A DNA stretch of 64,000 nucleotides from contig CAWJBJ010000004.1 of assembly GCA_963841135.1 (NCBI GenBank), positions 1,517,607 through 1,581,606 on the forward strand, read 5' to 3'. The notes beneath the pieces are model-generated. The model was not told the origin of the DNA. It saw nothing but the letters and a program-made list of their open reading frames with translations, and did no database searches. Source of the DNA: an uncultured Chloroflexia bacterium (GTDB lineage: Bacteria > Chloroflexota > Limnocylindria > Limnocylindrales > CSP1-4). The translations under genes and the position numbers were made by a program. Shown here in pieces: positions 19,816 to 31,408 of the stretch; positions within the stretch are counted from its first letter, which is position 1, and each line of letters opens with the position of its first letter.

Positions 19816-21002
19816 CCGGGCGCACCTGCGGTCGTCGGCGCCGCCAGCCCGTACGCCTCGATCGCCGCGGCCTGGGCGGCAGCGACGGACGCACCCGGGC
19901 GGATCGGCCGCCCCGCGCCCAACGCCGCGAACTCGAGCGTGCTGAGGGCGCCCAGGATCTCCTCGACCGTCACCGATCCGAGATGACCCAGGCGGAAGAT
20001 CTTGCCGGTCAGCTTGCCCTGGCCGCCGGCGAGCACGACGCCGCGGCGCCTGACCTCGCCGTTGAACGCCTTCCAGTCGAGGTCGTCGGGCACGTGGGCC
20101 GCGGTCACGGTCTTCGACGCGACGCTCGCGTCGGCGAGCAGGTCGAAGCCGAGCGCGGACAGGCCCGCGCGCGCGGCCGCGGCACAGGCCTCGTGACGGG
20201 CGAAGATCGCGGTCGCGCCCTCCTCCGCCATGAGCCGCAGGCCCTCGTCGACCTGGTAGACGACCGCGATCGCCGGTGTGAACGGCGTCTGTCCGGCGGC
20301 ATGGCTCTCGCGATGCGCGCGGAGGTCGAGGTAGAAGCGCGGCATCGTCGCCGTCTCCATCGCGGTCCAGGCCCGCGGCGAGGCCGCGACCATGGCGAGC
20401 CCCGGCGCCGACATCCAGGCCTTCTGCGATCCGGTGACCACGACGTCGACGCCCCAGTCGTCCATCTCGAACGGCACCGCGCCGAGGCCCGACACGCTGT
20501 CGACGAGGATCAGCGCCTCTGGTCGTTCCGCGCGGACGGCGGCGGCGAGGTCACGGATCGGGTTCATGACGCCGGTCGAGGTCTCGTTGTGCGTCAGCAG
20601 CACGGCCTTGACGTCCGGCATGGAACGCAGCTTCTCGCGGACCTCGTCGGGCGCGGCGGCGAAGCCCCACTCGGCGTCGAGCTTGGTGACGTCCGCCCCG
20701 TAGATGCCCGCGATCTTGGCGAAGCGGTCGCCGAACGACCCGATGGAGACGCCCAGCACGCGGTCGCCCGGAGAGAGCGTGTTGACGACCGCCGCCTCGA
20801 GGCCGCCGGAGCCCGCCGTCGAGATCATCGCGACGTCCGAGGTCGTGCCAAAGAAGGGCTTCATGCCCGCCAGGATCCGCTCGAGCATCGCGGCGAACTC
20901 GGGTCCCCGGTGATTGATCATCTGCCGGCCGCCGGCCACCCGGACCGATGGCGGCAGGCTCGTCGGACCAGGGATCCTGAGATTCGGTTCGAAGCGGTCC
21001 AC
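19812..21002 (-). CDS. class-V pyridoxal-phosphate aminotransferase (serine-glyoxylate / phosphoserine aminotransferase type)
   Basis: Intact 396 aa: INHRGPEFAAMLERI, LLTHNETSTGVMNPI, VVTGSQKAWMSAPGL (PLP lysine context). 4-nt overlap with the serA start, suggesting a serine-pathway operon. Confidence 0.85.
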   Translation of the reverse strand: MDRFEPNLRIPGPTSLPPSVRVAGGRQMINHRGPEFAAMLERILAGMKPFFGTTSDVAMISTAGSGGLEAAVVNTLSPGDRVLGVSIGSFGDRFAKIAGIYGADVTKLDAEWGFAAAPDEVREKLRSMPDVKAVLLTHNETSTGVMNPIRDLAAAVRAERPEALILVDSVSGLGAVPFEMDDWGVDVVVTGSQKAWMSAPGLAMVAASPRAWTAMETATMPRFYLDLRAHRESHAAGQTPFTPAIAVVYQVDEGLRLMAEEGATAIFARHEACAAAARAGLSALGFDLLADASVASKTVTAAHVPDDLDWKAFNGEVRRRGVVLAGGQGKLTGKIFRLGHLGSVTVEEILGALSTLEFAALGAGRPIRPGASVAAAQAAAIEAYGLAAPTTAGAPG

Positions 21003-21155
21003 GGTCTCCTCCGGGAGGCATGTGACGGGGGGAAGGCAGGGCGCGCGGGTCGCTCAATGGTCGCACGGGACGACGGTGACGCGCCACGGCCCCAGCCGTT
21101 CCGGACCGTCTGGGCCGTCTCACGAGCAAGGCCCGCTTCGTCGTATGGCCGTAGC

Positions 21156-22139
21156 ATGTCAGCCCCGGAGGACCGCCCACGCATGTTCGATCGACCGCGC
21201 CGCCGCACGCAGCTCATCTCAGGGTCGGCGATGGTCGTCCTCCTCGGCCTCGCGGTGGGCTCGAGTGCCGTCGCGGTCAACGCGTTCGGCGTCGGCGACG
21301 GATTCGACCACGTCGTCGCCCGGGTCGACCGCTATCTCGCGGGGCCGCCGCCGGACCGGCCGGCGCCGAGCACGCTCCTGGTGGAGGACCCCGAGGAGGA
21401 GGGTGAGCCCTCCGACACCCCGCCGACGCCCACGCCGGCCGCGACGCCGAGTGGCTCGCTCGATCCGGCGGCCTCGCCGACGCCGATCCCCACGGCCAGC
21501 CCGACGCCGACGCCGGCACCCGTGCGCACGGCCGTCGACGTCAACATCGTGAAGAAGCCGAAGGCGGTGTTCGCCTCCGAGATCAAGAACACCTGGTGCG
21601 CCCCGGCCGGCGTCCAGATGGCCCTCGCGGTCCTCGGGCTCGCCGACACGTCGGATGCGTTCCAGAAGGAGCTCCAGCGCAAGGTCCGGACGTGGGAGAG
21701 CCGGTCGGACAGCCTCAATGGCGACTGGGGACCGGCGGCGATGGCCCTGGCGCTCGAGGAATACGGCGCCGCCGGCTACGAAGTCCGGGCCTACAAGACC
21801 CGCAACGGCGCGCTGCGGGACGCGGCGAAGGCGATCCAGGCGACGAACTCGCCGGTCATCCTCCTCGCCTGGCGCGGGGCCCACACCTGGGTCATGACCG
21901 GGTTCCGCGCCGATGCTGATCCGTCGGTGTTCAAGGACGCCAAGGTGTCCGGCGCCTATGTCCTCGACCCCTGGTATCCGCGCGTCTCGAGCATCTGGGG
22001 TCGCTCCGATCCGCCGGGGACGTTCCAGGACACGAGCGAGATGGAACGGAACTACCTCAAGTGGCGCCGCCCGGAGGGCCATTACAAGGACCGCGACGAC
22101 CTTTACATCTCGGTCGTGCCGACGCTCAGCGCGCCGTAG
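21156..22139 (+). CDS. membrane-anchored hypothetical protein with C39-like papain-fold peptidase features
   Basis: Tail of ORF 19983-22139, from ATG 21156. TM segment (LISGSAMVVLLGLAVGSSAVAV), a Pro/Thr linker, then NTWCAPAGVQMALAVLG (candidate Cys nucleophile) and GAHTWVMTGF (candidate His). Confidence 0.55.
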   Translation: MSAPEDRPRMFDRPRRRTQLISGSAMVVLLGLAVGSSAVAVNAFGVGDGFDHVVARVDRYLAGPPPDRPAPSTLLVEDPEEEGEPSDTPPTPTPAATPSGSLDPAASPTPIPTASPTPTPAPVRTAVDVNIVKKPKAVFASEIKNTWCAPAGVQMALAVLGLADTSDAFQKELQRKVRTWESRSDSLNGDWGPAAMALALEEYGAAGYEVRAYKTRNGALRDAAKAIQATNSPVILLAWRGAHTWVMTGFRADADPSVFKDAKVSGAYVLDPWYPRVSSIWGRSDPPGTFQDTSEMERNYLKWRRPEGHYKDRDDLYISVVPTLSAP

Positions 22140-23491
22140 GGTCGCTTCGCCCGATCGCTCGTAGGCGCCCGACGAGGAAGACGGCCAGCAACGCGTCCTT
22201 GGCGGCCATGCCGGCCGCGTACCCGATCGGGATGGCCAGGATGCCCAACGGCCCGACGAGGGCCTGCGAGGCCAGGACGACCACCCCGAGCCCGGTGAAC
22301 GAGGCGATGACCTGGCGGATCGTGTCGTGGGTCGCATATAGGCCCGCGGGAAAGCGGGTAGGCGAGCGCATCGAAGGGGATCGACAGCGCGAACGCGGCG
22401 ACGACGCCCGACGTCAGCGCGACGTCCTCGGGGCCGAAGCGTCCGCCACCGAGCAGCACGTCGACCAGGATCCCGGACAAGACGAAGAGGCCCACGGCGG
22501 CGAGGCCGGTGAGCGCGCCGATCGTCAGGAGGTTCCGGCCGAGCACCGCCCGATACGTCGGGGCGTCGCCGTCCGCGTAGGCCGCTGACAGGACCGGGAA
22601 GACCGCGAGCGAGAAAGCGACGCCGATCAGGCTGACGGGCAGGACCTGGTAGTCCGACGCGAAGTTGAACGCCGCGACGCTGCCCGTCCCGAGCGAGGCG
22701 GCGAGGACCGTGAAGTAGGTGAGCGTCAGCGGCTCGATGGGGTGGCTCACCATCCGGGGGAGCATCAGCCGGATGAACTCCCGGAACGGCGGCGTCCGGA
22801 AGGCGAAGGCCGGTCGGATCCGGAACGAGGTCCTGGTCGTGCCGATCGCCCGGACGACCAGGTGCGCCGCGGCGCCGGCGACCGCACCCCACGCCGTGGC
22901 GTGGATCCCGAAGCGGCCCGCGAACAGGACCGTCCCGAGGACGATCCCGCCGGTGTAGAGGATCGGTGCGAGCGCGTAGAACGCGAACCGTCGGTTCGCC
23001 ACGAGCACCTCGCCCAGGGCGAACGATGCCGCGAACAGCACCTGGGCAAGGCAGTTGATCCGCAGCAGCTCGACGTAGAGGGCCCGCGTCGCCGGATCGA
23101 AGCCCTCGAACACATCGGCCAGCCAGGGCGCCCCGATCGCGAGTAGCGTCGAGGCGACGACCATGACGCCGACCGCGCCGGTCAACACCGTCCGGCCGAA
23201 GGTGTTGGCCCCGTCCTCGTCCGTGCGCCGCAGGCTCGTGAAGATCGGGACGAACGGCGCGGTCAGGCCCGAGGCGACGAGCACGTCGAGGGCGATCTCG
23301 GGGATCCGGAACGCGGCGTTGTACGCGTCGAGCTCGGCGCCGGCGCCAAAGGTGTTGGCGAAGACGCGGTTGCGGACGAGGCCCATCGCGAAGTAGCCGA
23401 GGCTGAGGACCGAGAGGACGATCGCACCGCGGGGGAAGACGACGTCGACCACCCGCCGGACCCATCCGATGGCCCTGGACAACACGGTCAT
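22126..23491 (-). pseudogene. murJ: lipid II flippase MurJ/MviN, one apparent frameshift near the 3' end
   Basis: ORF 22103-23491: GLVRNRVFANTFGAGAELDAYNAAFRIPEIALDVLVASGLTAPFVPIF and many TM segments. After ...AYPLSRG the frame changes (near 22345) and the protein continues in ORF 22126-22371 (LYATHDTIRQVIASFTGLGVVVL...). Confidence 0.9.
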
Positions 23492-23599
23492 CCCTCCACG
23501 TTCGGCATCATCGCGATGGCAGGACGCCCCGAGACGGCTCGACTGTTACGGCGCAGCGGGCGGCTGGGCGCCTGCGTCGCGCCTATCGGTCTCCGCGAA

Positions 23600-25095
23600 C
23601 TAGTCCTGCGCGTCCTTCTTCTGCGTCTCGGCGAGCTTCTTGCGGTTCTCCATGTTCGGCTTCATGGCGTCGCTCATCGACGCCATCGGCGGCGACGGCC
23701 TCGACTTGCGCCGCGGCTTCTCCTGCCGTGCGACCTCGCGCTCGGCCATCCTGGCCGCGATCGTGGACCTCGTGGCCCTGGTCGCTCGGGCACGTAGTAG
23801 CGGCGGTCCACCAGCTCGTCGGGCAGGTACTGCTGCTCGACGTCGTCGCCCTCGAAGTCGTGCGGGAACACGTAGCCGACGCCGATCCCGTGGGCCTTCA
23901 TCCGGCGATCGCCGGCGTTGCGCAGATGGTTCGGGACCGGCAGCGACCCGCTCGCCATCGACGTCGGCCACGGCCGCCCAGTAGGCGCGCCCGACGCGAG
24001 TCGCACTTCGGCGCCGTCGGCGATGTAGGACGGTCGCCTGGGCCAGCGCGTACTGCGCCTCCGGCAGCCCGATCCAGTCGAGCGCCTGCGGACGCGGCGA
24101 CCGCGACCTGCAGGGCGCGCGGATCGGCGTTCCCGACGTCCTCGGACGCGCTGATGATCAGCCGCCGCGCGATGAACCGCGGGTCCTCGCCGGCGGCGAC
24201 CATCGCCGCGAGCCAGTAGAGCGCGGCGTCCGGGTCGTTGCCGCGCAGGCTCTTGATGAACGCCGAGACCGTGTCGTAGTGGCCGTCGCCGGCGCGGTCG
24301 TAGGCGAGGACGCGCTGCTGGGCGGCCGTCTCGATGTCCTCGAGACGCGGGGTCGACGTGGCCGTCGGCGTCGCGGATGCCCTCGTCGGCGGCCAGGGCG
24401 GCCGCACCCTCGAGGACGTTGAGCGCGGCCCGCGCGTCGCCGCCGGCGAGCGACGACCAGGTGCTCGAAGGCGTCGTCGCCGAGCGCGACGCCGCCGTCC
24501 GGTCCGAGCGAGCCGGCCAGACCGCGCTCCGCATCGGCGAGCGCGCGGCGGACGACGGTCGCGACCTCGTCGTCGGTCAGCGGCCTCGAGCCGCCAGACC
24601 CGCATCCGCGACAGGAGCGCGGCGTTCACCTCGAAGTAGGGGTTCTCGGTCGTCGCGCCGACGAGGGTGATCGTGCCGTCCTCGACGTGCGGCAGCAGGG
24701 CGTCCTGCTGGGCCTTGTTGAAGCGGTGGATCTCGTCGAGGAACAGCACCGTGCGCGTGCCGTGGAGGGCCAGCCGGTCCTGTGCCTCGGCGATCGTGGC
24801 GCGGACCTCGACGACGCCGGACATGACCGCCGAGAGCGAGATGAAGTGGGCGCCGATCGCGTCCGCCAGGAGGCGCGCGAGGCTCGTCTTGCCGGTGCCG
24901 GGCGGTCCCCACAGGAGGGTCGACGACGAGGTGGCCGCGGGCGACGCTGCGGCGGAGCGGCCCGCGCTCGCCGACGAGGTGCGCCTGCCCGACGAACTCC
25001 TCGAGGTCGCGCGGTCGCATGCGCGCGGCGAGCGGCTGCCGCTCGGGCGGAGGATGGAAGAGCGCCTCGGGCTTGGCGCCGGTCGAGACGGCGGG
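23600..25095 (-). pseudogene. rarA: replication-associated recombination protein A (RarA/MgsA AAA+ ATPase), heavily frameshifted
   Basis: Recognisable pieces lie in all reverse frames: [29 protein letters not shown], (GPPGTGKT region), [181 protein letters not shown]. At least 6 frame changes; stop at 23600. Confidence 0.9.
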
Positions 25096-25143
25096 CGGCG
25101 GGCATGTCCGGATGGTAGCGCGGCGGGCCGGCCGGCCCGCGGA

Positions 25144-25557
25144 TCAGATGGCCGCGTTGCCCGTCAGGTGGCGTGACGACCCAGAGCGCGACGAGCAGGA
25201 TGATCAGCGACGCCGCCGATGAGCGTGATGCGCCGCACGTCCCGACCGACGTACGCGTACTCCTCGGCGGCCCGGACGGCCAGGCCAGGCGAGACCCGCG
25301 GGCCTGGACCGGCCTCAGCAGCGGAGCTGCCGGACCGCCGTCGCTCGGTCGAGCGCTTGCGGGCCTCCTCGGCGGCGCGTTCCTCGGCCACGATCTGCGC
25401 CTCGAGCTCGGCCGCGCGGGCCTCCTCTTCGGCCGTGAGGCTCGACGGACGCGGGCGTCGGAGCGGCGATCGGTGCGGCCGGTGCCGGCCGACCGGTTGC
25501 GCGCTGGATCGGGCGCCGCTGTCCCGGTCGGGTGCTCCCTCGCGAGCGCTTGGCCAT
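25144..25557 (-). pseudogene. hypothetical small membrane protein, apparently frameshifted (boundaries uncertain)
   Basis: ATG 25557 (MAKRSRGSTRPG...). The sense then continues in a second frame (SLTAEEEARAAELEAQIVAEERAAEEARKRSTERRRSGSS...EEYAYVGRDVRRITLI) and a third ([21 protein letters not shown]). The stop assignment is ambiguous (25144 or 25164). Confidence 0.35.
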
Positions 25558-25765
25558 GGTGCGGGACGATCCTCCGGCGGTGTCCGGTGGACGGGGGCCA
25601 GGATGGCCCGGACGCGGGTCCGTCGAGCGCAGAGGATAGCACCGGCGCCAGCGTCAGCCCGCCTCGGAGACCGACCGGCGGCGGGGCGGTCGGCCCGGGA
25701 GAAGTGACGCCTGCTAGACTCGGGCCACCCCCGGGGAGGACCCTGCGATCGACCTCAACGCGCTC

Positions 25766-26240
25766 GTGACCCCAGCCATCGGCGCCATCGTCGTGGCGCT
25801 CGTCATCGCCATCGGCCTCCTCCTCGTCGCGTTCATCGTGCTCGCCCGGCGATCCCGGCGGCTCGGGCGCCCGCCTCGTCGGCCTGACCCGCGACTCCGA
25901 CGGCCAGAGTCTCGAGGCCGTCCTCGAGGCGCACCTGGACAAGGTCGTCGAGGTCGCCCGCAAGCTCGACGACGTCGCCGCCCGCACGAAGGTCCTCGAG
26001 AGCCGCCAGCCGCGCGCCTTCCAGCGGACCGGGCTGGTCCGGTACAACCCGTTCGAGGAGACCGGCGGCAACCAGAGCTTCGCGCTCGCGCTGCTCGATG
26101 CCGACGGGGACGGCTGGGTCCTGTCGAGCCTGCATGCCCGGTCGGGGACGCGCGTCTACGCGAAGTCCATCGTGGCCGGCCGATCCGACACGGGCCTCTC
26201 GGAGGAGGAGACGGCCGCGATCAAGCAGGCGATGGCCTGA
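25766..26240 (+). pseudogene. DUF4446-family protein, one apparent frameshift
   Basis: GTG 25766 with an N-terminal TM (AIGAIVVALVIAIGLLLVAFIVL). Frame change near 25865. Then LTRDSDGQSLEAVLEAHLDKVVEVARKLDDVAARTKVLESRQPRAFQRTGLVRYNPFEETGGNQSFALALLDADGDGWVLSSLHARSGTRVYAKSI...LSEEETAAIKQAMA, stop at 26238-26240. Confidence 0.75.
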
Positions 26241-26277
26241 CAGGCTAGCTGGCACGGGGGTCGACGATGGTCCGGGC

Positions 26278-29200
26278 ATGGCCCCCACGACGACCGCCGC
26301 TCCCGACCACCAACCGACCCATCCCGGCGACCCTGCCGACGCATCGGCCGTGACGCGTCCCCGACTGCGAACGCGCCGCGAGCCGCCATCGCTGGACCAG
26401 CTGCCGGCGTGGCGCGAGCTCGTCCCGGTCATGGACCCGGTCATGGACGGGCTCGTCCCGGAGCCCGGCACCGGCCTGGCGGCGCTGCTCGGCGGGCTGA
26501 ACCCGGATCAGCGCCGCGCGGTGACCCACGAGGACGGACCGCTCCTGGTCGTCGCCGGGGCTGGGACGGGCAAGACCCAGGTGATCACCCGGCGCATCGC
26601 CTGGCTCGTCGCGACCCGACGGGCAAGGCCGTCGGAGATCCTCGCCCTGACGTTCACCGACAAGGCCGCCGAGGAGATGGCGGTCCGCGTCGACCAGCTC
26701 GTGCCGTACGGGTACACCGATACCGCGATCTCGACGTTCCATGCGTTCGGCGACGGCCTCATCCGACGCTACGCGCTGGAGCTCGGATTGCCGACCGACC
26801 TGCGCGTCCTGACCCGGCCCGAGGTCGTCATCTTCCTTCGCGAGCATCTCTTCGAGTTCGACCTCGACCTCTACCGGCCCGCTCGGCGATCCCACCCGAT
26901 TCCTCGGCTGCGCTCGCGACGCTGTTCAGCCGGTGCAAGGACGAGGACATCAGCCCGGCCGCCTATCGCGAGTTCGCGGACCGCGTCTCGGCGGAGGCGA
27001 CCGCCGTGGCCGAGGCCGCCGCCCGGTCCAGGGCGCCGGCCGCTGAAACGGACCGCGACGGCGCGGATGCCGCGGCGGAGGAGGCCAGCCGCCAGCGGGA
27101 GCTCGCCCAGGCCTACGCCACGTATCAGACGCTGCTCGCGGCGAACGGCTGCATCGACTTCGGCGACCAGGTCGCGTTGGCCCTGCGCCTCGTCCGCGAG
27201 TCGCCGGCGGCCCGGGCCGAGATCGCCGGCCGGTTCCGGTACATCCTCGTCGACGAGTTCCAGGACACGAACCGCGCCCAGGCCGAGCTCGTCGGGTTGC
27301 TGGCCGAGCCGCATCGGAACGTCACGGTGGTCGGCGACGACGACCAGGCGATCTACGCGTTCCGGGGCGCGGCGATCGACAACATCCTCGGGTTCCGCGA
27401 CCGATACCGGTCCGCGCGGACCGTCGTCCTTCGCCGGAACTACCGCTCCAAGGCGCCCATCCTCGATGCGGCCTATCGGCTGGTGCGGTTCAACGACCCG
27501 GACCGGCTCGAGGTGCGCGCCGGCGTCAGCAAGCGATTGCGCGCCGAGCGTGCCGATCCGGTGGCCGCGCCGGTCCGGCTCGAGGCGTTCGCGACGGCCT
27601 CGGACGAGGCCGACTGGATCGCCGCCGAGATCGGCCGACGTGTCGCCGCGGGGGCGCCGCCGCGGGACCACGCGATCCTCGTTCGGGCGAACGGCCACGC
27701 CGACCCGTTCCTGCGGGCGCTCAACCTCGCCGGCATCCCCTGGCGGTTCTCCGGGCACGTCGGGCCTGTACGCCCGCCCGGAGGTCCGCCTGCTGCTCGC
27801 GTTCCTGCGCGTGGTCGCGGAGCCCGAGTCCAGCGTCGATCTGTACGCGCTCGCGACGTCCGAGGTCTACGGGCTCGGCGGCGACGACCTGACGGCCATC
27901 GTGAACATGGCCCGCCGCCGCAACCGGTCGATCCGGGCGATCCTGGAGGAGCTGGATGCGCAGCCGGGGATCCTGCGCGTCGGGCCTGAGACGCGCGCCG
28001 CGGTCACGAAGCTGGTCGCCGACCTGCGTCGCTATGCGGAGATCGCTCACGAGCGGCCGGCCGGCGAGATGCTGTACGGGTTCTTGCGCGCGAGCGGGCT
28101 GCTGGCGAAGCTGGCCGCCACCGACACGGTCGCCGCCGAGGACGCGCTCGGCAACATCGCGCGGTTCTTCGAGATCGTCCGAAGCCAGTCGGCGCTGCTG
28201 GCCGACGACCGGGCGATCTTCATCGCCCCGCATCTCCAGACGCTCATCGAGGCCGGCGACGATCCGGCCACGGCCGAGCTCGATCCCGAGGCCGACGCGG
28301 TCGCCGTCCTCACCGTCCACAAGGCGAAGGGCCTCGAGTTCCCCGTGGTGTTCCTGCCCGGGCTCGTCGCAGGGCGGTTCCCCTCGAGCGGACGGGGCGA
28401 GGCGCTGGCGCTGCCGGCCGGTCTCGGTCGCGGCGCCCCGCCCACGCCGGAGCTCGCGCTCGCCGAGGAGCGACGGCTGTTCTACGTGGCGATGACCCGC
28501 GCCCGCGATGAGCTGGTCCTCTCGCACGCCGCGGACTACGGCGGAGCCCGGGCGCGCCGCGTGTCGCCGTTCGTGCTCGAGGCCCTGGACCTGCCGACGA
28601 CGGCCGGCATCCCGGGCGCTGGGGCGGCGGCGCCGACGACAGAGGACCGTCTCGCGGCGTTCGAGCGATCCGCGGCCCGCCCGGACGTCGCCCGGGTGCC
28701 CATCGACGAGCCGCTGTCGCTGAGCTTCTACCAGATCGACGACTACCTGACCTGCCCGCTCAAGTACAAGTACGCCCACGTCCTGCGCGTCCCGCTCGCG
28801 CCCCACCACGCGATCGTCTACGGCGCTGCGCTCCACAAGGCCGTCCAGCTCTTCCACCACCACCACGCGCGGGGCCACGTGATGTCCGAGGCGGAGCTCG
28901 ACGAGGTCTTCGCGTCGGCCTGGTCGAACGAGGGGTTCGTCAGCCGCGAGCACGAGGAGGCTCGCCTCGTGGCCGGACGCGCTCGCGCTGCACCGGTTCC
29001 GGGAGGCCCAGCTCGAGCCCGACGCGGTCATCCCGACGTACGTCGAGCGCGAGTTCAGCTTCACGCTCGGTGGCGACCGGGTGCGCGGCCGTTGGGATCG
29101 GGTCGATGTCGAGCCGATCGCCGATGACGCGCCGCTGCCCGCGACCGGGCCATCCGATCCCGCGAGCCGTCCGCCGACGTCGTCTCGCCGACCCTCGGGA

Positions 29201-29544
29201 TGATGGGCCGGGAGCGGGTGACGATCACGGACTACAAGTCCTCCGACGTCCGCGACCCGGCCAAGGCCCGCCAGCGCGCCCGCGAGTCGCTCCAGCTCCA
29301 GATCTACGCGATGGGCTACGAGGCGATGACCGGCCGGCTGCCCGATGCCGTCCAGCTGCACTTCCTCGGGTCGGGTCTGATCGGCCGGGTGGAGGTGGAT
29401 CCGAAGCGCCTGGCGAAGGCTCGCGAACGGATCGCGACGGCCGCCGCCGGGATGCGTGCCCGGGACTACACGCCGAAGCCCGAGTACCTCGCGTGCACCT
29501 ACTGCGCGTTCCGCGACATCTGTCCGTCGAGCGCGGCCCGCTGA
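26278..29544 (+). pseudogene. UvrD/PcrA-type superfamily-1 helicase fused to a C-terminal Cas4/AddB-like PD-(D/E)XK nuclease, several apparent frameshifts
   Basis: LNPDQRRAVTHEDGPLLVVAGAGTGKTQVITRRIAWL, ILALTFTDKAAEEM, RYILVDEFQDTNRAQAELV, VTVVGDDDQAIYAFRGA, VLRRNYRS, VLTVHKAKGLEFPVVFLPGL, RRLFYVAMTRARDELVLS. Nuclease part: YQIDDYLTCPLKYKY...ITDYKSSD...QLQIYAMGY...LACTYCAFRDICP. Frame changes near 26880, 26905, 27755, 28980 and 29180. Confidence 0.85.
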
Positions 29545-29680
29545 CCCCGACGGCGACGCCGGATAGGGAATCCACCTCACTCGACGGATCGCCGGCCATC
29601 GTGCATGGTCGCCGACCCGGCGGCGGGGTGCCCCGCTCCGAACCGCCGGGATATCCCAGATCGAGGAGCGCAGATCGACG

Positions 29681-30124
29681 ATGGACCTGCTCATCCGGCT
29701 GTTCCGCCCGTGGGCGACCGCCGTGCCCGAGGCCCTAGACTCGCGCGTGATGGAGGCGCGCGACCGCTGGTTCAACCTCGGGTTCTTCGCAGCCGCGGCG
29801 CTCGTCTGGCTGCTGGTCGGCCTCGTCCTCACCACCCGCGACCCGGTCCTCGATCCCACCGCCGGGTTCATCGGGGCGGGACTGATCGGATTGGCGTTCG
29901 GGCTGACGCTCGTGCCGATCTTCTGGCTGATCGTGTTCGGGCGACATCGCCAGATCGCGTATCGCGGCGACTGGACCCGCGCCATCCGGCGCGCCGCCTG
30001 GGTCGCGGTCATCGTCACGGTGCTCGTGGGGCTGCGGGTCCAGGGCATCCTCGACTGGCCGATCGCCCTGTTCATGATCGCCCTCGCCCTGGTCGCGGAG
30101 TCGACCTTCTCGGCGGAGCGCTGA
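29681..30124 (+). CDS. hypothetical membrane protein (4 predicted TM segments)
   Basis: 147 aa with hydrophobic segments FFAAAALVWLLVGLVL, FIGAGLIGLAFGLTLVPIFWLIVF, AAWVAVIVTVLVGL, WPIALFMIALALVA. Confidence 0.55.
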   Translation: MDLLIRLFRPWATAVPEALDSRVMEARDRWFNLGFFAAAALVWLLVGLVLTTRDPVLDPTAGFIGAGLIGLAFGLTLVPIFWLIVFGRHRQIAYRGDWTRAIRRAAWVAVIVTVLVGLRVQGILDWPIALFMIALALVAESTFSAER

Positions 30125-30200
30125 CCGGGACACCGGGCCATCCGCCCACCGCCGGGCGCTAGGCTGGCGCGGCCCACGGACCGTCGCCAGGAGTGTCTCG

Positions 30201-31408
30201 TTGCCGTCGCTGTCCGCCACCCGTCCGGCCGAGCCGCACGTCGAAGCCAAGGCCCGTCTCGCCGGAGCCGTCGAGGCCGCCCGCGACGAGATCCTGGACC
30301 TCTCGCACCGGATCCACGCCGATCCGGAGCCGGCCTACGAGGAGCACCACGCTTCGGCCTGGGTCGCCGAGGCCCTGGCCCGGCACGGGTTCGAGGTCGA
30401 GTATCCGGCCGGCAGCCTCGCGACCGCCATCCGCGCCGTGCGGCGAGGGGGTCGGGGCGGCGATGGGCCGCGCATCGGGATCCTCGCCGAGTACGACGCC
30501 CTGCCGGGCCTCGGCCACGGATGCGGGCACAACACGATGGCGGCGGCGGGCGTCGGGCACCGCGATCGCGCTGGCCTCGATCGCCGACGAGCTGCCCGGG
30601 CGAGATCGTCTTCTTCGGGACGCCGGCCGAGGAGCGGGGGAGCGGCAAGGCCCAGATGATCGCCGACGGCCTGTTCGAGGGCCTCGACGCGGCGCTGATG
30701 TACCACCCGTGCGACCGGAACCACGTCGAGAGCTGGCCGCTCGCGTCGGAGGACATCGAGATCGTCTTCCACGGGCTCGAGGCGCACGCCTCGTCGAACC
30801 CGTGGAAGGGTCGGAACGCGCTCGACGCCATGATCCTCCTGTTCAGCTCGGTCGGCCTCTGGCGTCAGCAGCTCCGACGCGGTCGGCCGCGGTCCACGGG
30901 ATCATCCGCGAGGGCGGCACCGCCGCGAACATCATCCCCGGCCGGACCGCGGCCTGGTTCATGATCCGCAGCGACGACGAGGCCTAGTACGCGACGATGC
31001 GCGCAGCGCTTCGGGGAGCTGTGCGACGCCGCCGCCCTCGCGACCGGCACGACCGTCGAGGTGTCGTTCACGGGCAAGGCCACGACGATGCGCAACAACC
31101 AGGTGCTGGTGGAGCGCTTCCGCGCGAACATGGGGGCCTACGGCATCGAGGACCAGGGCGACGACCCGAACGCCGGCAGCACGGACATGGCCAACGTCAG
31201 CTGGGTCTGCCCGACCATCCACCCGGAGCTCTCGATCGCGCCGGAGGGCACGCCCGGCCACTCGATCCTGTTCCGCGACGCGGCCATCACCCCGCGCGCC
31301 GACGAGGTCACCCTGCTGGCCGCTGCGCTCGTGGCCCAGACCGCGTACGAGCTGTTCGTCGACCCGGCGCTCGTCGAGGCCGCCTGGCGTGAGTTCCGCG
31401 CGACCTGA
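30201..31408 (+). pseudogene. M20D-family amidohydrolase (AbgB / hippurate-hydrolase-like), three apparent frameshifts
   Basis: TTG 30201 lies 7 nt after AGGAG. LSHRIHADPEPAYEEHHASAWVAEAL, AEYDALPGLGHGCGHN, VFFGTPAEERGSGKAQMI, FHGLEAHASSNPWKGRNALDA, IIREGGTAANIIPGRTAAWFMIRS, GSTDMANVSWVCPTIHPEL. Frame changes near 30555, 30870 and 30985 (an in-frame TAG at 30985 in one frame). Confidence 0.8.

Noticed and set aside
21003-21155. Possible c-di-AMP (ydaO-type) riboswitch upstream of the envelope peptidase-like gene, prompted by a CGCUCAAUG word
   Set aside because: Only one short word resembles the motif. The other conserved blocks I remember (ACGGGG, CCCGAAUCC) are absent.
21219-23465. 748-aa reverse ORF spanning the C39-like gene and murJ
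   Set aside because: murJ is read in another reverse frame with a convincing polytopic sequence. This frame is low-complexity Arg/Pro/Gly.
27721-30831. 1036-aa reverse-strand ORF
   Set aside because: It is antisense to the UvrD-nuclease gene, the membrane-protein gene and the M20D gene. Composition is Arg/Pro/Gly-rich and no motif is recognisable.
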